Shown: piece by piece, positions 40,541-51,066 of the stretch
Layout of the letters: every line of letters begins with the position of its first letter
Numbering within the stretch: the first letter of the stretch is position 1
Position numbers and translations under genes: made by a program
Source of the DNA: Aureliella sp.
Lineage (GTDB): Bacteria; Planctomycetota; Planctomycetia; Pirellulales; Pirellulaceae
Assembly (NCBI GenBank): GCA_963691875.1
Contig: OY829846.1
Location: 1,856,001 to 1,920,000 of the forward strand
Length of the DNA: 64,000 bases
Reading direction: 5' to 3'
Notes under the pieces: model-generated
Databases searched by the model: none
The model's input: only the letters and a program-made list of their open reading frames with translations
Told to the model about the DNA's origin: nothing

Positions 40541-42439
40541 TTAGCGAAGCACTCTACCTGCTTGCGTCGCGTGTTTTGAGTCAGCAGCGCGGCCAAGAAG
40601 CAGGATCGATTTTCCTGGCTTCAAAAAGTAATCGGTCTCAACCAACACTTCGATGTCTCTAGGAAGATTTTTCTTCAGGTCGCGATAGTGCTCTGAAGTG
40701 GTGATGAGAAAAGGTTCCGAACGAGTTTCAAAAAACGACACCACATCGGGCTTGGGATGAGCGTGCCAGTTTTTGTCGCGAGCGGCTTGGGCATTTACGG
40801 AAACATATTCTTCGTCTTCTTGAGAACTTGCGAAAAGTTCCACAATTGGACGCTGTGCGTAGTAGACCCAGCTGGATTCCAGGCAACGAAAAGAAGCAAG
40901 TTGTGGTTCGGTGCTGTTTTCTTGGATGTAGCTCAGAAGCTGTTGGTTGTGCTGGTGGCGATCCACCTGGACCATCAATCCGCCAAAAACCGCGAGGGCG
41001 TAGGCACAGCCGGTTATTCCCAGCGTTGTGCCGAGCTGTTTTGGCATTCGCTGCAAATGAAACAACAGCGCGAGTCCACCGCCCAAAAGCGGAACAAGCC
41101 CAACGAGAGCAATCGACCCATCGCCCGGCGCGATACTCTCTGCCGCAATGCCAAGGCCGACCCACAGTCCGACGCCCGACATGCAAAGCACTGCAAGTCC
41201 AATTGCAGGCCAAGCTCTTCCGGCGAAGGAATGCCCCTTCAACCAATGATGCACAAAGCAAGCGGTCAACAATGCTAAAGCTGGATAGCAAGGCGTCACG
41301 TAGCTTGGAAGCTTGGTACGCGCAATGGTGAAAACGCCAACCCAGACGCAGATCCAGCAGAGCAAGAAAGTGTATCCAATAGACCAGCTATGCTTGGCCC
41401 GAAATGCTCGCCAGGTGCTCAAGCCAGTCGGTATCATGAACACGGACCAAGGGAAGAAGCACAGGCATATCGCGAGCGGATAGTAAAAAACCGAGCCGCG
41501 ATGATTTTCAAAACTCTGAGTCGCACGACCAAAGTGCTCTTTGAGGAAGAAACCTGTCAGGAAGTCTCCCTCTGTTCTCAGTCCAACCCAAACGAACCAG
41601 GGCGCCGCGATGGCGAGTGCAATCAAGGTCGCAGAGAAGGGTCGCATAGACCACAACGTACGAAGAAAGTGTAAAGGTGCAAAGCAACGCATCGCTCCGA
41701 TCAACGTGTTCTTGCCAAGGATGACAATTGTGCTGAGGAAGCTGCTAGCCGGCTGGCTCGTTTCCGCTGTGTATGTTTCGCTATGAGGCAAACGTATGAT
41801 TAGTAGAAACATGCCGATAATCGCCATCGGCAAGATCAAAGCAACAGGGCCTTTGGCCAAGATTCCCAAACCCATGGCGGAATACATTGCGACAACAATC
41901 CAACCATTTTGCGGAAACCATTTTCCTTCGGCGCGCAAGATTGGTCCTGAATCATATTCCTCTAGAGCCTTTACTCGAAACGTACCACATACATAGATCG
42001 TGATAGCTATAGTGCAGAAGAAGATCAGTGGCGAGTCAGGTGTGGCCACTCTCGCGGCGACGCAAAACATCGTGCTCGTCGCCAATATCACTGCAGCCCA
42101 TAATCCGACGCGCGGCTGAAAGAGTTGTCGCCCCATGAAGTAGGTAGCCAGAATCGTTCCGACACCGAGCAGCGCGGACCAGAGTCTAGCCGCAAACTCA
42201 TTGACGCCGAAAACTTCGTAGGCCGACATGATCAGCCAGTAAGTCAGCACTGGCTTTGCATCTCGCAGTTGGTCGTTAAAAATCGGAACGACCCAGTCTC
42301 CCCTCGCCATCATTTCCGCCGCGCAGCCAGCATTGCGAGGCTCGTCCCGATCCATGAGTTGTGTCGCACCTAGATTGGTGAACAGGGTAGCTACAGCCAC
42401 AGCGAGGACGATGGTAATGTGGGAAAGAGGCGGCTTCAT
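40541..42439 (-). CDS. ArnT/PMT-family (GT-C) membrane glycosyltransferase
   Basis: DRDEPRNA..AAEM..GDWVVP.FN, KPVLTYWL, EFAARL, LAKGPVAL, TKLPSYVTPCYP; many TM helices. Confidence 0.9.
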   Translation of the reverse strand: MKPPLSHITIVLAVAVATLFTNLGATQLMDRDEPRNAGCAAEMMARGDWVVPIFNDQLRDAKPVLTYWLIMSAYEVFGVNEFAARLWSALLGVGTILATYFMGRQLFQPRVGLWAAVILATSTMFCVAARVATPDSPLIFFCTIAITIYVCGTFRVKALEEYDSGPILRAEGKWFPQNGWIVVAMYSAMGLGILAKGPVALILPMAIIGMFLLIIRLPHSETYTAETSQPASSFLSTIVILGKNTLIGAMRCFAPLHFLRTLWSMRPFSATLIALAIAAPWFVWVGLRTEGDFLTGFFLKEHFGRATQSFENHRGSVFYYPLAICLCFFPWSVFMIPTGLSTWRAFRAKHSWSIGYTFLLCWICVWVGVFTIARTKLPSYVTPCYPALALLTACFVHHWLKGHSFAGRAWPAIGLAVLCMSGVGLWVGLGIAAESIAPGDGSIALVGLVPLLGGGLALLFHLQRMPKQLGTTLGITGCAYALAVFGGLMVQVDRHQHNQQLLSYIQENSTEPQLASFRCLESSWVYYAQRPIVELFASSQEDEEYVSVNAQAARDKNWHAHPKPDVVSFFETRSEPFLITTSEHYRDLKKNLPRDIEVLVETDYFLKPGKSILLLGRAADSKHATQAGRVLR

Positions 42440-42991
42440 CGAATATTGATCTGAGTCTGAAAATGCTTATCTCGCTAGAGATCGAACGAGATCGAGGTGG
42501 TGGTTCGTACACCATTTCGGACTCTGGCAGCAATAGAAGCCAACTGTTGGATTGAACTCGCTTCCGCCAAATTCTTCCCGTCTATTCGCCGGCTTGCGTG
42601 AATCGTACAAATTCTTGCGACCTTCAACCAAGACTCTCTCCTGATTTCTTGGCATTATTGAGAAGCTGGATAAACTGCCTTTTCGCGCTAATTGCGAGCT
42701 TTTGGGAATCACTGGAAGAATCCGCCCCAAAAACTACAGTTCTCACTGCTACGAGACGAATGCGTGACTGGTCGAGACAGCATTTTTCGGGATCGAGAGC
42801 CGCAGTATGTAGCTCTAAAGCTTGAATCAGCGACGCAAAGTCAGGTATCCTATACTTTACGGAACGTCAGTTCCCATTTCCCGCCTTGCCTACTAATTCG
42901 ACAAGATTCCCACCACCTCCGGCAACTCGCTTCTGCGCTCGCGCGATGAATGCAGCCTGAGTTGTCCCATTTCGCTCTGCATTTGAACCTT

Positions 42992-45900
42992 ATGATTGCA
43001 AATCATTTCCGAATTCGCTGGTCAGCAACCTTTCTTGCTCTCTTTTCAGGTTTCCTCCTCGCTGTGCCGTCAACCTTCGCTGACGAATCTCAAGCTGCGC
43101 AGGCTGAGGTTAGCTACAGCAAGCATATCGAGCCGATTTTTCGAAACAACTGCCAAGGTTGTCACCAGCCAGCCAAAGCGCACGGCGAGTACGTGATGAC
43201 GGACTTTGCGCGTCTGCTGAAAGCTGGCGAGTCAGGCGACGCAGCAATCGTTCCTGGCAAACCTGACGAGAGCTACTTGATGGCTCAGATCGAAATGATC
43301 GATGGCCAAGCTTCAATGCCGAAGAAAGGTAAGCCACTTCATGCATCTGAGATTGAACTGATTCGCAAGTGGATAGAACAAGGCGCTACGAACGACTCAC
43401 CACCTTCGGCAACACGATTCAATGCCGAGAACCCACCAGTTTATTCACGACCACCTGTTATCACTGCGATCGATTTTTCGCCTGATGGAAAGTGGATCGC
43501 CTCCAGTGGCTTTCAGGAAGTCTTGCTGATCGACACTGCAAGTCGCAAGACGGTGAAGCGATTGATCGGTTTGAGTGAGCGTGTTGAGTCGATTTGCTTC
43601 TCGCCCGATTCGAAGCGTCTCGCTGTCACCGGCGGCTCGCCGGGGCGATTGGGCGAAGTCCAAGTTTGGAACGTGGAAAGCGGCGAATTGCTGCTAAGTC
43701 ATCAAGTCACCTATGACACCGTCTACGGTGGTCGATTTTCGCCCGACGGAAAACTCATCGCATTCGGCTGCTCGGACAATACAGTGCGAGCGATCGATTC
43801 TGTAACGGGCGAACAAAGGCTGCACCAGGGTGCACACGACGATTGGATTCGTGCCTGCGTTTTCAATCCCAAAGGCACTCATGTGCTTTCCGCTGGTCGC
43901 GATATGACCGTGAAGTTGACCGAAGTCGCCACGGAACGCTTTATCGATAATGTAACTTCCATCACGCCAGGTGCTCTTCGTGGCGGAATAAACTCACTAG
44001 CCATGCACCCCGAGCGTGACGAAGTCCTGGTCGGTGGCGCGGATGGTACTCCCAAGGTCTACCGCATCTTCCGCCAGACAGAACGCCGCATCGGAGACGA
44101 CGCTAATTTGATTCGCGAGTTCCCTCCGACTGGCGGTCGCATATTCGGCGTCGACGTGAACGCAACAGGCAGCCACTTCGCGGTGGTGAGTACTTTGGAT
44201 GGCCAAAGTAGCGTGCAGGTTTACCCCTACGACTTCGAAGGCAAGCTCACCGATGCCTTGAAGAACATCTTGAAGAAGCGAGTCCGGGATCGCAATGCGA
44301 ACGAGAAGAAGCAAGTAGAGGAGTACCGCAAGAATGTTTCCCAAGCAGTTGTCAATTTTGAACTTACCGAGGGCAGCTTGTATGCGGTGAGCTTTTCACC
44401 AGATGGAAAGTTCGTTGCCTCAGGTGGTAGCGACGGTTTGATCCGCATCCTCGATGTCACTCAAAGCAAAATAATCCATGAGTTTGCTCCGGTCGCATTG
44501 CAGTCGGCAGACGCCTCAAAGGGAAAGAAAACACTCGAGCTCTCCGCTAATCATGGAATGACGCCAGATCCGGCGACGCAGCCCAACTCCGAAGCAGAAA
44601 AAGATCTGTTGCCGAAGGCGAAACTCAAAGAGTTGCGTATCGTACCCAATTCGATCACTTTAAATAGCATGACAGATTACGCCCAAGTCGTCGTCACGGG
44701 CGTCTACGACCAGGGGCAGACGGTAGACCTGACGAGATTGAGCGATTTAGCATCGGAGGACAAGATTCAAGTTTCGAAGGCAGGTTTGGTTCGGCCACTG
44801 CAAACTGGTAAAGCAACCATTCAAGTCAAGTTCGGAGATCTGAAACAGACGATTCCTGTTCAAGTTGCGGATCTTTCCGCCGTACACTCACCTGACTTTA
44901 CGCAAGACGTGAACCCAATTCTATCTCGACTCGGATGCAACTCGGGTACATGCCACGGCGCTCAAAAGGGAAAGAACGGTTTCAAACTCTCCCTGCGAGG
45001 CTACGACCCAATTGAAGACATTCGAGCGCTCGGCGATGACTTGAGTTCTCGACGACTCAACACAGCTGCTCCCGATGCCAGTTTGATGCTACTCAAGCCC
45101 ATCGGCACTGTGCCGCATGAAGGCGGAGTCCTACTTTCGCAAGACAGCACGCATTATCACATTCTGCGTGAGTGGATCGCCGGAGGTGCGAAGCTGAACT
45201 TGGAATCGAAGAAGGTTGCGAGGATTGAAATTTCTCCGACTAAACCTGTCGTCGAGCGTGAAGGATCCTGGCAGCAGTTTCGAGTCGTCGCCCATTACCC
45301 TAATGGTTCTTCGCGAGACGTCACCCATGAGGCCTTCATTGAGTCGGGCGATGCAGAAATCTGCAAGAGCTACGAAGGTGGGAGAGTGCAAGCGATTCGT
45401 CGCGGCGAAGCTCCGATCCTGGTCCGCTACGAAGGCGCCTACGCAGCGACGACGGTGACCGTTATGGGCGATCGTGAAGGCTTCGCCTGGAAGGCTCCAG
45501 AGATATATGGACCGATCGATCAACTCGTTTCCAACAAGTGGGAACGCATGAAGATCCAGCCTTCTGGCGTTGTAGAAGACCATGAGTTCTTGCGTCGCGT
45601 GCGTCTCGATTTGACAGGTTTGCCACCATCGGTTGAAGAGTTACGTGAGTTCCAAAAAGATCTTCGACCATCCATCCTGAAGCGCATGGCCAAGGTAGAA
45701 GAGCTAATTGGCTCGAAGGACTACGTTGATCACTGGGCAAACAAGTGGGCCGACCTACTGCAAGTGAACTCGAAATTCATCGGGCGTGAGGGAGCCACGG
45801 CCTTCCGCGATTGGATACGCAAGTCGATCGAGAGCAATCAACCCTACGATCAGTTTGCCCGAGATGTTCTAACGGCCTCGGGATCGAACAAAGACAACCC

Positions 45901-48127
45901 GGCTGCATCGTATTACAAAATCTTGCGTGATCCAGACTTGATGATGGAGAACACTACACACTTATTTTTAGCGATTCGCTTCAACTGCAATAAGTGCCAC
46001 GACCATCCATTCGAACGTTGGACTCAGGATCAGTACTACGAGCTCGCCGCCTATTTCGCTCAAACAGGCTTGAAAGCTGATCCGGCATCAGGCAACAAGA
46101 AGATCGGTGGAACAGCTGTTGAAGGCGCAAAGCCACTTTACGAAGAAGTTTTCGATAAACCAACTGGCGAGATGACGCACGTTCGCACGAATAAGAGTGT
46201 GGCGCCGGCGTTCCCTTACGATTGCAACTTTGAAGCACCTGAGAACGCCACGCGCCGTCAGCAGTTGGCCGCTTGGATCACTTCGAAGGACAATCCTTAC
46301 TTCGCGCGCAGCTTCGTCAATCGCCTCTGGGGCTATATGACGGGCACAGGATTGATTGAACCATTGGATGACATTCGTGCGGGGAATCCGCCGACGAATC
46401 CAGAGTTGCTTGATCTTTTGACGCAAGAGTTCGTAGATAGCAACTTTGACGTTCAGCACGTTTTGCGTCTGATCTGCAACTCTAGGACCTACCAGCTTTC
46501 GGTAGGTTCGAACGAATGGAACTCAGACGATAAGATCAATTACTCGCACGCCAAAGCACGAAGGCTTCCCGCAGAAGTGCTTTACGATGCGGTTTACAAA
46601 GTCACTGGTGCGGTAACCGCTATTCCGGGAGTTGCCCCTGGTACACGGGCAGCAGCACTGCCAGATGTAGCAGTATCTTTGCCAGACGGGTTCTTGAACA
46701 ACCTTGGGCGTCCGGTGCGTGAAAGTGCATGTGAGTGCGAGCGTTCGGCCGACTTACAGCTCGGTCCCGTCATGGCTCTTGTCAGCGGGCCCACCGTTGG
46801 AAAAGCGATCTCGGATCCAAAGTGTGCGTTGCCCAAGTTGGTAGCTGACGAGATCAGCGAGGAGCAACTAATTCGTGAGATCTTTGTTAGAGTGCTCAGT
46901 CGCGAAGCCACGGCTGAAGAAGTCGCGAGCGTTCTGAAGAGTGCTGAACAGATTGCCATCGATCACGAACAGATGGAAAAGCAGTTGGCGAAACGCGAAA
47001 CTTGGTGGAAGACAGAGCGTGATCGCCTCGAAGCGGAGCGACAGAAGAAACTCGAGGCAACCAAGCAACAAATCGTGGCACGCGAGAAAGCCATCGCTCC
47101 AGCTCGAGCCAAGATGGAAAAGGATCGACAAGCCAAGATTGCTGCGGCCGACAAGTCGGTGAAAGACTATCACGCGAACTTGTCCCAGACTGCTGGCAAA
47201 TACCTCGATGACAATGCGAAGAACAATAATTGGTTCCCGCTGCTGCCAACCAAACTTGCGGCTAGCAACAAAGACAAGCTCTCTGTTCTTGGCGATCGCT
47301 CGATCGTAGCCAGCGGCGAAGCGAACAAGGGCGTCTACACCCTGACCTTCGATACACCACTAACCAATATCACTGGCTTGCGTCTCGAGGCTCTTCCGCT
47401 AGCGAGTATCAAAGGCGGTGGACCTGGCCAACCGGAGAACGGCAACTTTGTTGTGACTGAGATCGAAATCGATTCTTGGTCCCAGGGTAAGGCCCAGGAA
47501 CGCAAGCGAGCCAAGATTAAGAGTGGTGTTGCAGACTTCTCGCAAGACGGCTTCAATCCGAATCAGACCTTTGACGGCAAGACCAATGACCAGCGAGGTT
47601 GGGCTGTTTCCCCACGCGGCGGCATTCATCACTGGGCAACGTATCAGTTTGCCGAGCCGATTCAGTCTGAGGAAGGAACGACGCTACAGATTAAGATTCA
47701 CCAAAGCCACAATGCTCCTCAGCACTGCTTGGCGCGCTTCCGAATTTCGATAACCACCGATGCAGGAGCGATTCCGCTTGGCCTGCCTGAGGATTTCGCG
47801 GCGTTGCAGCGATTACCGAAGGAATCTCGCAATGCAGAGTCACTCAAAAGCTTGGTGGCGTTCCTCGGTAAAAGTGATGCGAAATTGATCGAATTGCAAG
47901 GTGCACTGGCGACAGCCCAACGACCTCTGCCACCAGACAACGAGTTAGTTGGTTTGCAGAGTAAGCAGAAGCTACTCGAGATCGCCACGCCCGATGAACC
48001 CAAGATTGTTCAGCTGCGTGCTGATTTCGCCGAGAGTAGAAAACAAGTTGAGAATCGACGTCTAACTCTGGCTCAAGACCTAACTTGGGCGTTGATCAAC
48101 AGCCCTGCGTTTTTATTTAACCATTAG
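42992..48127 (+). CDS. giant PSCyt1-WD40-Ig-like-DUF1549-DUF1553-discoidin-like fusion protein
   Basis: CQGCH; WD40 repeats (FSPDG...); GCNSGTCHG; FKLSLRGYDP; CNKCHDHPFERWTQ; NPYFARSFVNRLW; RESACECER; WALINSPAFLFNH. Start is 42950 or 42992. Confidence 0.9.
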   Translation: MIANHFRIRWSATFLALFSGFLLAVPSTFADESQAAQAEVSYSKHIEPIFRNNCQGCHQPAKAHGEYVMTDFARLLKAGESGDAAIVPGKPDESYLMAQIEMIDGQASMPKKGKPLHASEIELIRKWIEQGATNDSPPSATRFNAENPPVYSRPPVITAIDFSPDGKWIASSGFQEVLLIDTASRKTVKRLIGLSERVESICFSPDSKRLAVTGGSPGRLGEVQVWNVESGELLLSHQVTYDTVYGGRFSPDGKLIAFGCSDNTVRAIDSVTGEQRLHQGAHDDWIRACVFNPKGTHVLSAGRDMTVKLTEVATERFIDNVTSITPGALRGGINSLAMHPERDEVLVGGADGTPKVYRIFRQTERRIGDDANLIREFPPTGGRIFGVDVNATGSHFAVVSTLDGQSSVQVYPYDFEGKLTDALKNILKKRVRDRNANEKKQVEEYRKNVSQAVVNFELTEGSLYAVSFSPDGKFVASGGSDGLIRILDVTQSKIIHEFAPVALQSADASKGKKTLELSANHGMTPDPATQPNSEAEKDLLPKAKLKELRIVPNSITLNSMTDYAQVVVTGVYDQGQTVDLTRLSDLASEDKIQVSKAGLVRPLQTGKATIQVKFGDLKQTIPVQVADLSAVHSPDFTQDVNPILSRLGCNSGTCHGAQKGKNGFKLSLRGYDPIEDIRALGDDLSSRRLNTAAPDASLMLLKPIGTVPHEGGVLLSQDSTHYHILREWIAGGAKLNLESKKVARIEISPTKPVVEREGSWQQFRVVAHYPNGSSRDVTHEAFIESGDAEICKSYEGGRVQAIRRGEAPILVRYEGAYAATTVTVMGDREGFAWKAPEIYGPIDQLVSNKWERMKIQPSGVVEDHEFLRRVRLDLTGLPPSVEELREFQKDLRPSILKRMAKVEELIGSKDYVDHWANKWADLLQVNSKFIGREGATAFRDWIRKSIESNQPYDQFARDVLTASGSNKDNPAASYYKILRDPDLMMENTTHLFLAIRFNCNKCHDHPFERWTQDQYYELAAYFAQTGLKADPASGNKKIGGTAVEGAKPLYEEVFDKPTGEMTHVRTNKSVAPAFPYDCNFEAPENATRRQQLAAWITSKDNPYFARSFVNRLWGYMTGTGLIEPLDDIRAGNPPTNPELLDLLTQEFVDSNFDVQHVLRLICNSRTYQLSVGSNEWNSDDKINYSHAKARRLPAEVLYDAVYKVTGAVTAIPGVAPGTRAAALPDVAVSLPDGFLNNLGRPVRESACECERSADLQLGPVMALVSGPTVGKAISDPKCALPKLVADEISEEQLIREIFVRVLSREATAEEVASVLKSAEQIAIDHEQMEKQLAKRETWWKTERDRLEAERQKKLEATKQQIVAREKAIAPARAKMEKDRQAKIAAADKSVKDYHANLSQTAGKYLDDNAKNNNWFPLLPTKLAASNKDKLSVLGDRSIVASGEANKGVYTLTFDTPLTNITGLRLEALPLASIKGGGPGQPENGNFVVTEIEIDSWSQGKAQERKRAKIKSGVADFSQDGFNPNQTFDGKTNDQRGWAVSPRGGIHHWATYQFAEPIQSEEGTTLQIKIHQSHNAPQHCLARFRISITTDAGAIPLGLPEDFAALQRLPKESRNAESLKSLVAFLGKSDAKLIELQGALATAQRPLPPDNELVGLQSKQKLLEIATPDEPKIVQLRADFAESRKQVENRRLTLAQDLTWALINSPAFLFNH

Positions 48128-48156
48128 TCTCAGTCACATTGCGTAACGCCCTGGCT

Positions 48157-48331
48157 TTCCTCGCTTTCCGAGCTACCTGCATAGCGGGGCGAGGAATCCG
48201 GCAGGTTCGGACCCCAGCGACGGAGGGGGTAACCTAGCCCCCCTCCGAGGCTGATAGCTCGAATCTCACGACTCGAGCAAGCTTCGGTGCCCGGAACTTG
48301 CTACGGAGTAGGTTGAGTGACTGAACCTGTT
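48157..48331 (+). ncRNA. candidate structured intergenic RNA element (multi-stem, possible pseudoknot)
   Basis: Several complementary stems found by eye (see findings); no family recognised. Confidence 0.4.
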
Positions 48332-48384
48332 TGCCAAGCACTAAATCCAAAACACTGCCCACTTAGTAACTTCGGAGAAGAAAC

Positions 48385-49854
48385 ATGTTTCGACTGCAAG
48401 GTGCCTTAGGAAAAGACCTCTGCGATTCAAACTTGCCGATGACACGCCGCGACGTGCTTCGCGTGGGTGGCTCGGGGTTGATGGGGCTTTCCCTAGCGAG
48501 CCTCCTCAAGTTGCAGGCACACGCAGGGGAGAAAACGGATGTCTCGACCCCGGGATGGGGGAAAACGAAGCATATCATCATGCTTTATTTGCAAGGCGGT
48601 CCGAGTCACTTGGACCTTTGGGATCCAAAGGAAAACGTACCTGACAACGTGAAGAGTGTCTTCAAAAACATTCCGACCAAGATTCCAGGAATTCACTTCA
48701 CCGAAAACCTACCTCGCCTGGCCCAGATTAACGACCGATTCAGCATGATTCGTTCGATGAGCTACACGCCGAACGGTCTGTTTAATCATACCGCTGCGAT
48801 TTATCAGCTGATGACTGGCTATACCACCGACAAAGTGAGTCCATCAGGTCAGCTAGAACCGCCAAGCCCTAAGGACTTCCCGAACTTCGGCTCCAACATC
48901 ATCCGCTTGAAGCCAACCGAAGAACCGATGCTTCCATTTGTAATGCTACCGAGACCGTTGCAAGAGAGCAATGTCATCGGTAAAGGCGGCTCAGCCGGAT
49001 TCCTAGGCAAATCCTACGATCCATACACGTTGTATCCAGACGGTAGCGACATGGATATGAACAAGATGGAACGCATCAAGATTGATGATTTGAAGTTGCG
49101 TCCCGACGTGTTTGCCGCACGTTTGCAGCGTCGTGCGAAGTTACGTGACTTGGTCAATGCTCAGATGCCTGCGATCAACAACGCCGTGAAGGATTTTGAA
49201 CTCGACTCGTACTACGATCAAGCGCTCAACTTGATTGTTTCTGGTCGAGCTCGTGAAGCTTTCAACATTTCCTCTGAGTCCGCCGAACTGCGAGATAAGT
49301 ATGGCCGGAACACCTTCGGGCAAAGCTGCTTGCTCGCTCGTCGACTGGTAGAAGCCGGCACACGCGTCGTCGAGGTCATTTGGCCGAAGGTTGCGAACAG
49401 CGACAATCACTCCTGGGACCATCACAAAGATCTAAGTAAACGAATGAAAGATCGCTCTGCCCCAATGCTCGATGCTGGCTTAGCAACCTTGATCGAGGAT
49501 CTGGATGACCGAGGCATGCTTGAAGATACACTCGTCGTTTGCATTGGAGAGTTTGGTCGTTCACCGCAGCGTGGCGTCAGCACGTCGGGTAACAACAACT
49601 CGAACGACGGAAGAGACCACTGGCCTTACTGCTACACCTCTGTTGTAGCTGGAGCTGGTGTGAAGCGAGGCTACGTGCATGGCAAGAGTGACAAGACTGC
49701 TTCTGCTCCACAAGAGGATCCAGTGCATCCAATCGAGCTTCTGGCTTCGATCTATCACGGCTTCGGCATTGATCCCGAAACGATCGTATACAATCACCTA
49801 AATCAGCCTCGCGAACTCGTTAAGGCCCAGGCCCTTACCTCGATCTTCGCGTAG
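48385..49854 (+). CDS. DUF1501 family protein (Tat-like signal)
   Basis: [62 protein letters not shown]. Confidence 0.92.
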   Translation: MFRLQGALGKDLCDSNLPMTRRDVLRVGGSGLMGLSLASLLKLQAHAGEKTDVSTPGWGKTKHIIMLYLQGGPSHLDLWDPKENVPDNVKSVFKNIPTKIPGIHFTENLPRLAQINDRFSMIRSMSYTPNGLFNHTAAIYQLMTGYTTDKVSPSGQLEPPSPKDFPNFGSNIIRLKPTEEPMLPFVMLPRPLQESNVIGKGGSAGFLGKSYDPYTLYPDGSDMDMNKMERIKIDDLKLRPDVFAARLQRRAKLRDLVNAQMPAINNAVKDFELDSYYDQALNLIVSGRAREAFNISSESAELRDKYGRNTFGQSCLLARRLVEAGTRVVEVIWPKVANSDNHSWDHHKDLSKRMKDRSAPMLDAGLATLIEDLDDRGMLEDTLVVCIGEFGRSPQRGVSTSGNNNSNDGRDHWPYCYTSVVAGAGVKRGYVHGKSDKTASAPQEDPVHPIELLASIYHGFGIDPETIVYNHLNQPRELVKAQALTSIFA

Positions 49855-49912
49855 GTGCAGTAAGTTGTCAGCTTGCTACGTATTAAGGCGTTCTTGTTCA
49901 GGGTAGAAGAGA

Positions 49913-50940
49913 ATGCCTAACGTTGTCTGTCACCGAAACTACAATATCGGCCTTTATGGACTTGAGCGACTTCATCCATTCGACCCTCGCAAATACGGAA
50001 AAGCTTGGCGTGCAATAAATCGTTTGGATTCTGATATCAGTGACACGGATGATGGGATTCTGAATAACAATTCCTTTTTTCGACGATTCAAGCGTTCCTT
50101 TCGACGGATAGTCCTGCGAAAAATCACGGTTGCAGGAGCTTCGCCCATGCCCCCTGTCCCCGCTAATGATCTTCAGCCCGTACATAATTTCGATTATTTG
50201 GAGAGTTTCCGAGATCCGAAAATAGCAGCGGCTGCTATCGAGGTTGCGGCTCTCGGTCGTCTGCCAAAATTCATTCTTTGACGTGCAAGTCCATTGCTTT
50301 GGGCAACACAAGGCACCACCCTTGCGGCTGAACTCGCATTCAAAAACGGCATCACCGTGAGCCTCGGCGGAGGATTCCATTATGCCAAGCCATATGCAGG
50401 AGGGCGCTTCTCTGTCTATTCTGACATCGGCATCGCAGTGGCAAGTCTTCGAGCACGCAATCTGATCGGCGAAACAGATCGAATCGCACACATCGACACC
50501 GATGCATAATAAGGCAAGGGAATGTGCCATGGATTCCGAGACGACCCGTGCGTCTTCTTTCTCGACATATACAAATCGATGATCGATCCCTCCTATGACC
50601 TGGTCGCTAAGAGCAAGATCAATTACCCCTTGCTGATTACTTCTTCAATCACCAGCGAAGAATACTTGCGGGAATTAGAGGGCAAGCTACCCACGTTCTT
50701 GGACCCGGTTGCCAATCAAAATATCGGGCTGCGATCTGCTATGCCGGGACAGATGTCATCAATGGCGATCCTTTAGTCGGCGTAAACATTGCCGCTAGTT
50801 CGATATTGAGGCGAGACCTCTGCGTACTGATGTGCCTAAAGACAAAGAATATCCGTGCGTTGGTGTTGCCGAGCGGTGGCTATACGAAGCAAAGCTAAGA
50901 TTTGATTGCACATACTATCCGCGCACGTTTGCTAAACTAT
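49913..50940 (+). pseudogene. histone deacetylase family (HDAC11-like) pseudogene
   Basis: HPFDPRKYG...VH..YL; in-frame TGA at 50279; GGGFHYAK; HIDTDA**GKG (expected DAHQGNG); frameshift near 50730, then AGTDVINGDPL...SGGY. End is approximate. Confidence 0.85.
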
Positions 50941-51066
50941 TGTCCTTTGGTAAGAACACGCCCGCGACACTTTCGACTATGCTAGGCAGACAATCGAAAC
51001 TCTTATTAAGTCACTTCTGACAGCGGGCGTACTTTCCTTTTCCGAGACCATCAGCAGCGTACATCC

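Noticed and set aside
48190..48260. GAGGAATCCGG and CTGATAG resembling RNase P and hammerhead cores
   Set aside because: They do not match GAGGAAAGUCC or CUGANGA...GAAA, and the other conserved elements are missing.
50500..50515. Stop-codon reassignment or readthrough as an explanation for in-frame stops
   Set aside because: All three stop types terminate normal genes here, and the interrupted genes also carry frameshifts and missense lesions.
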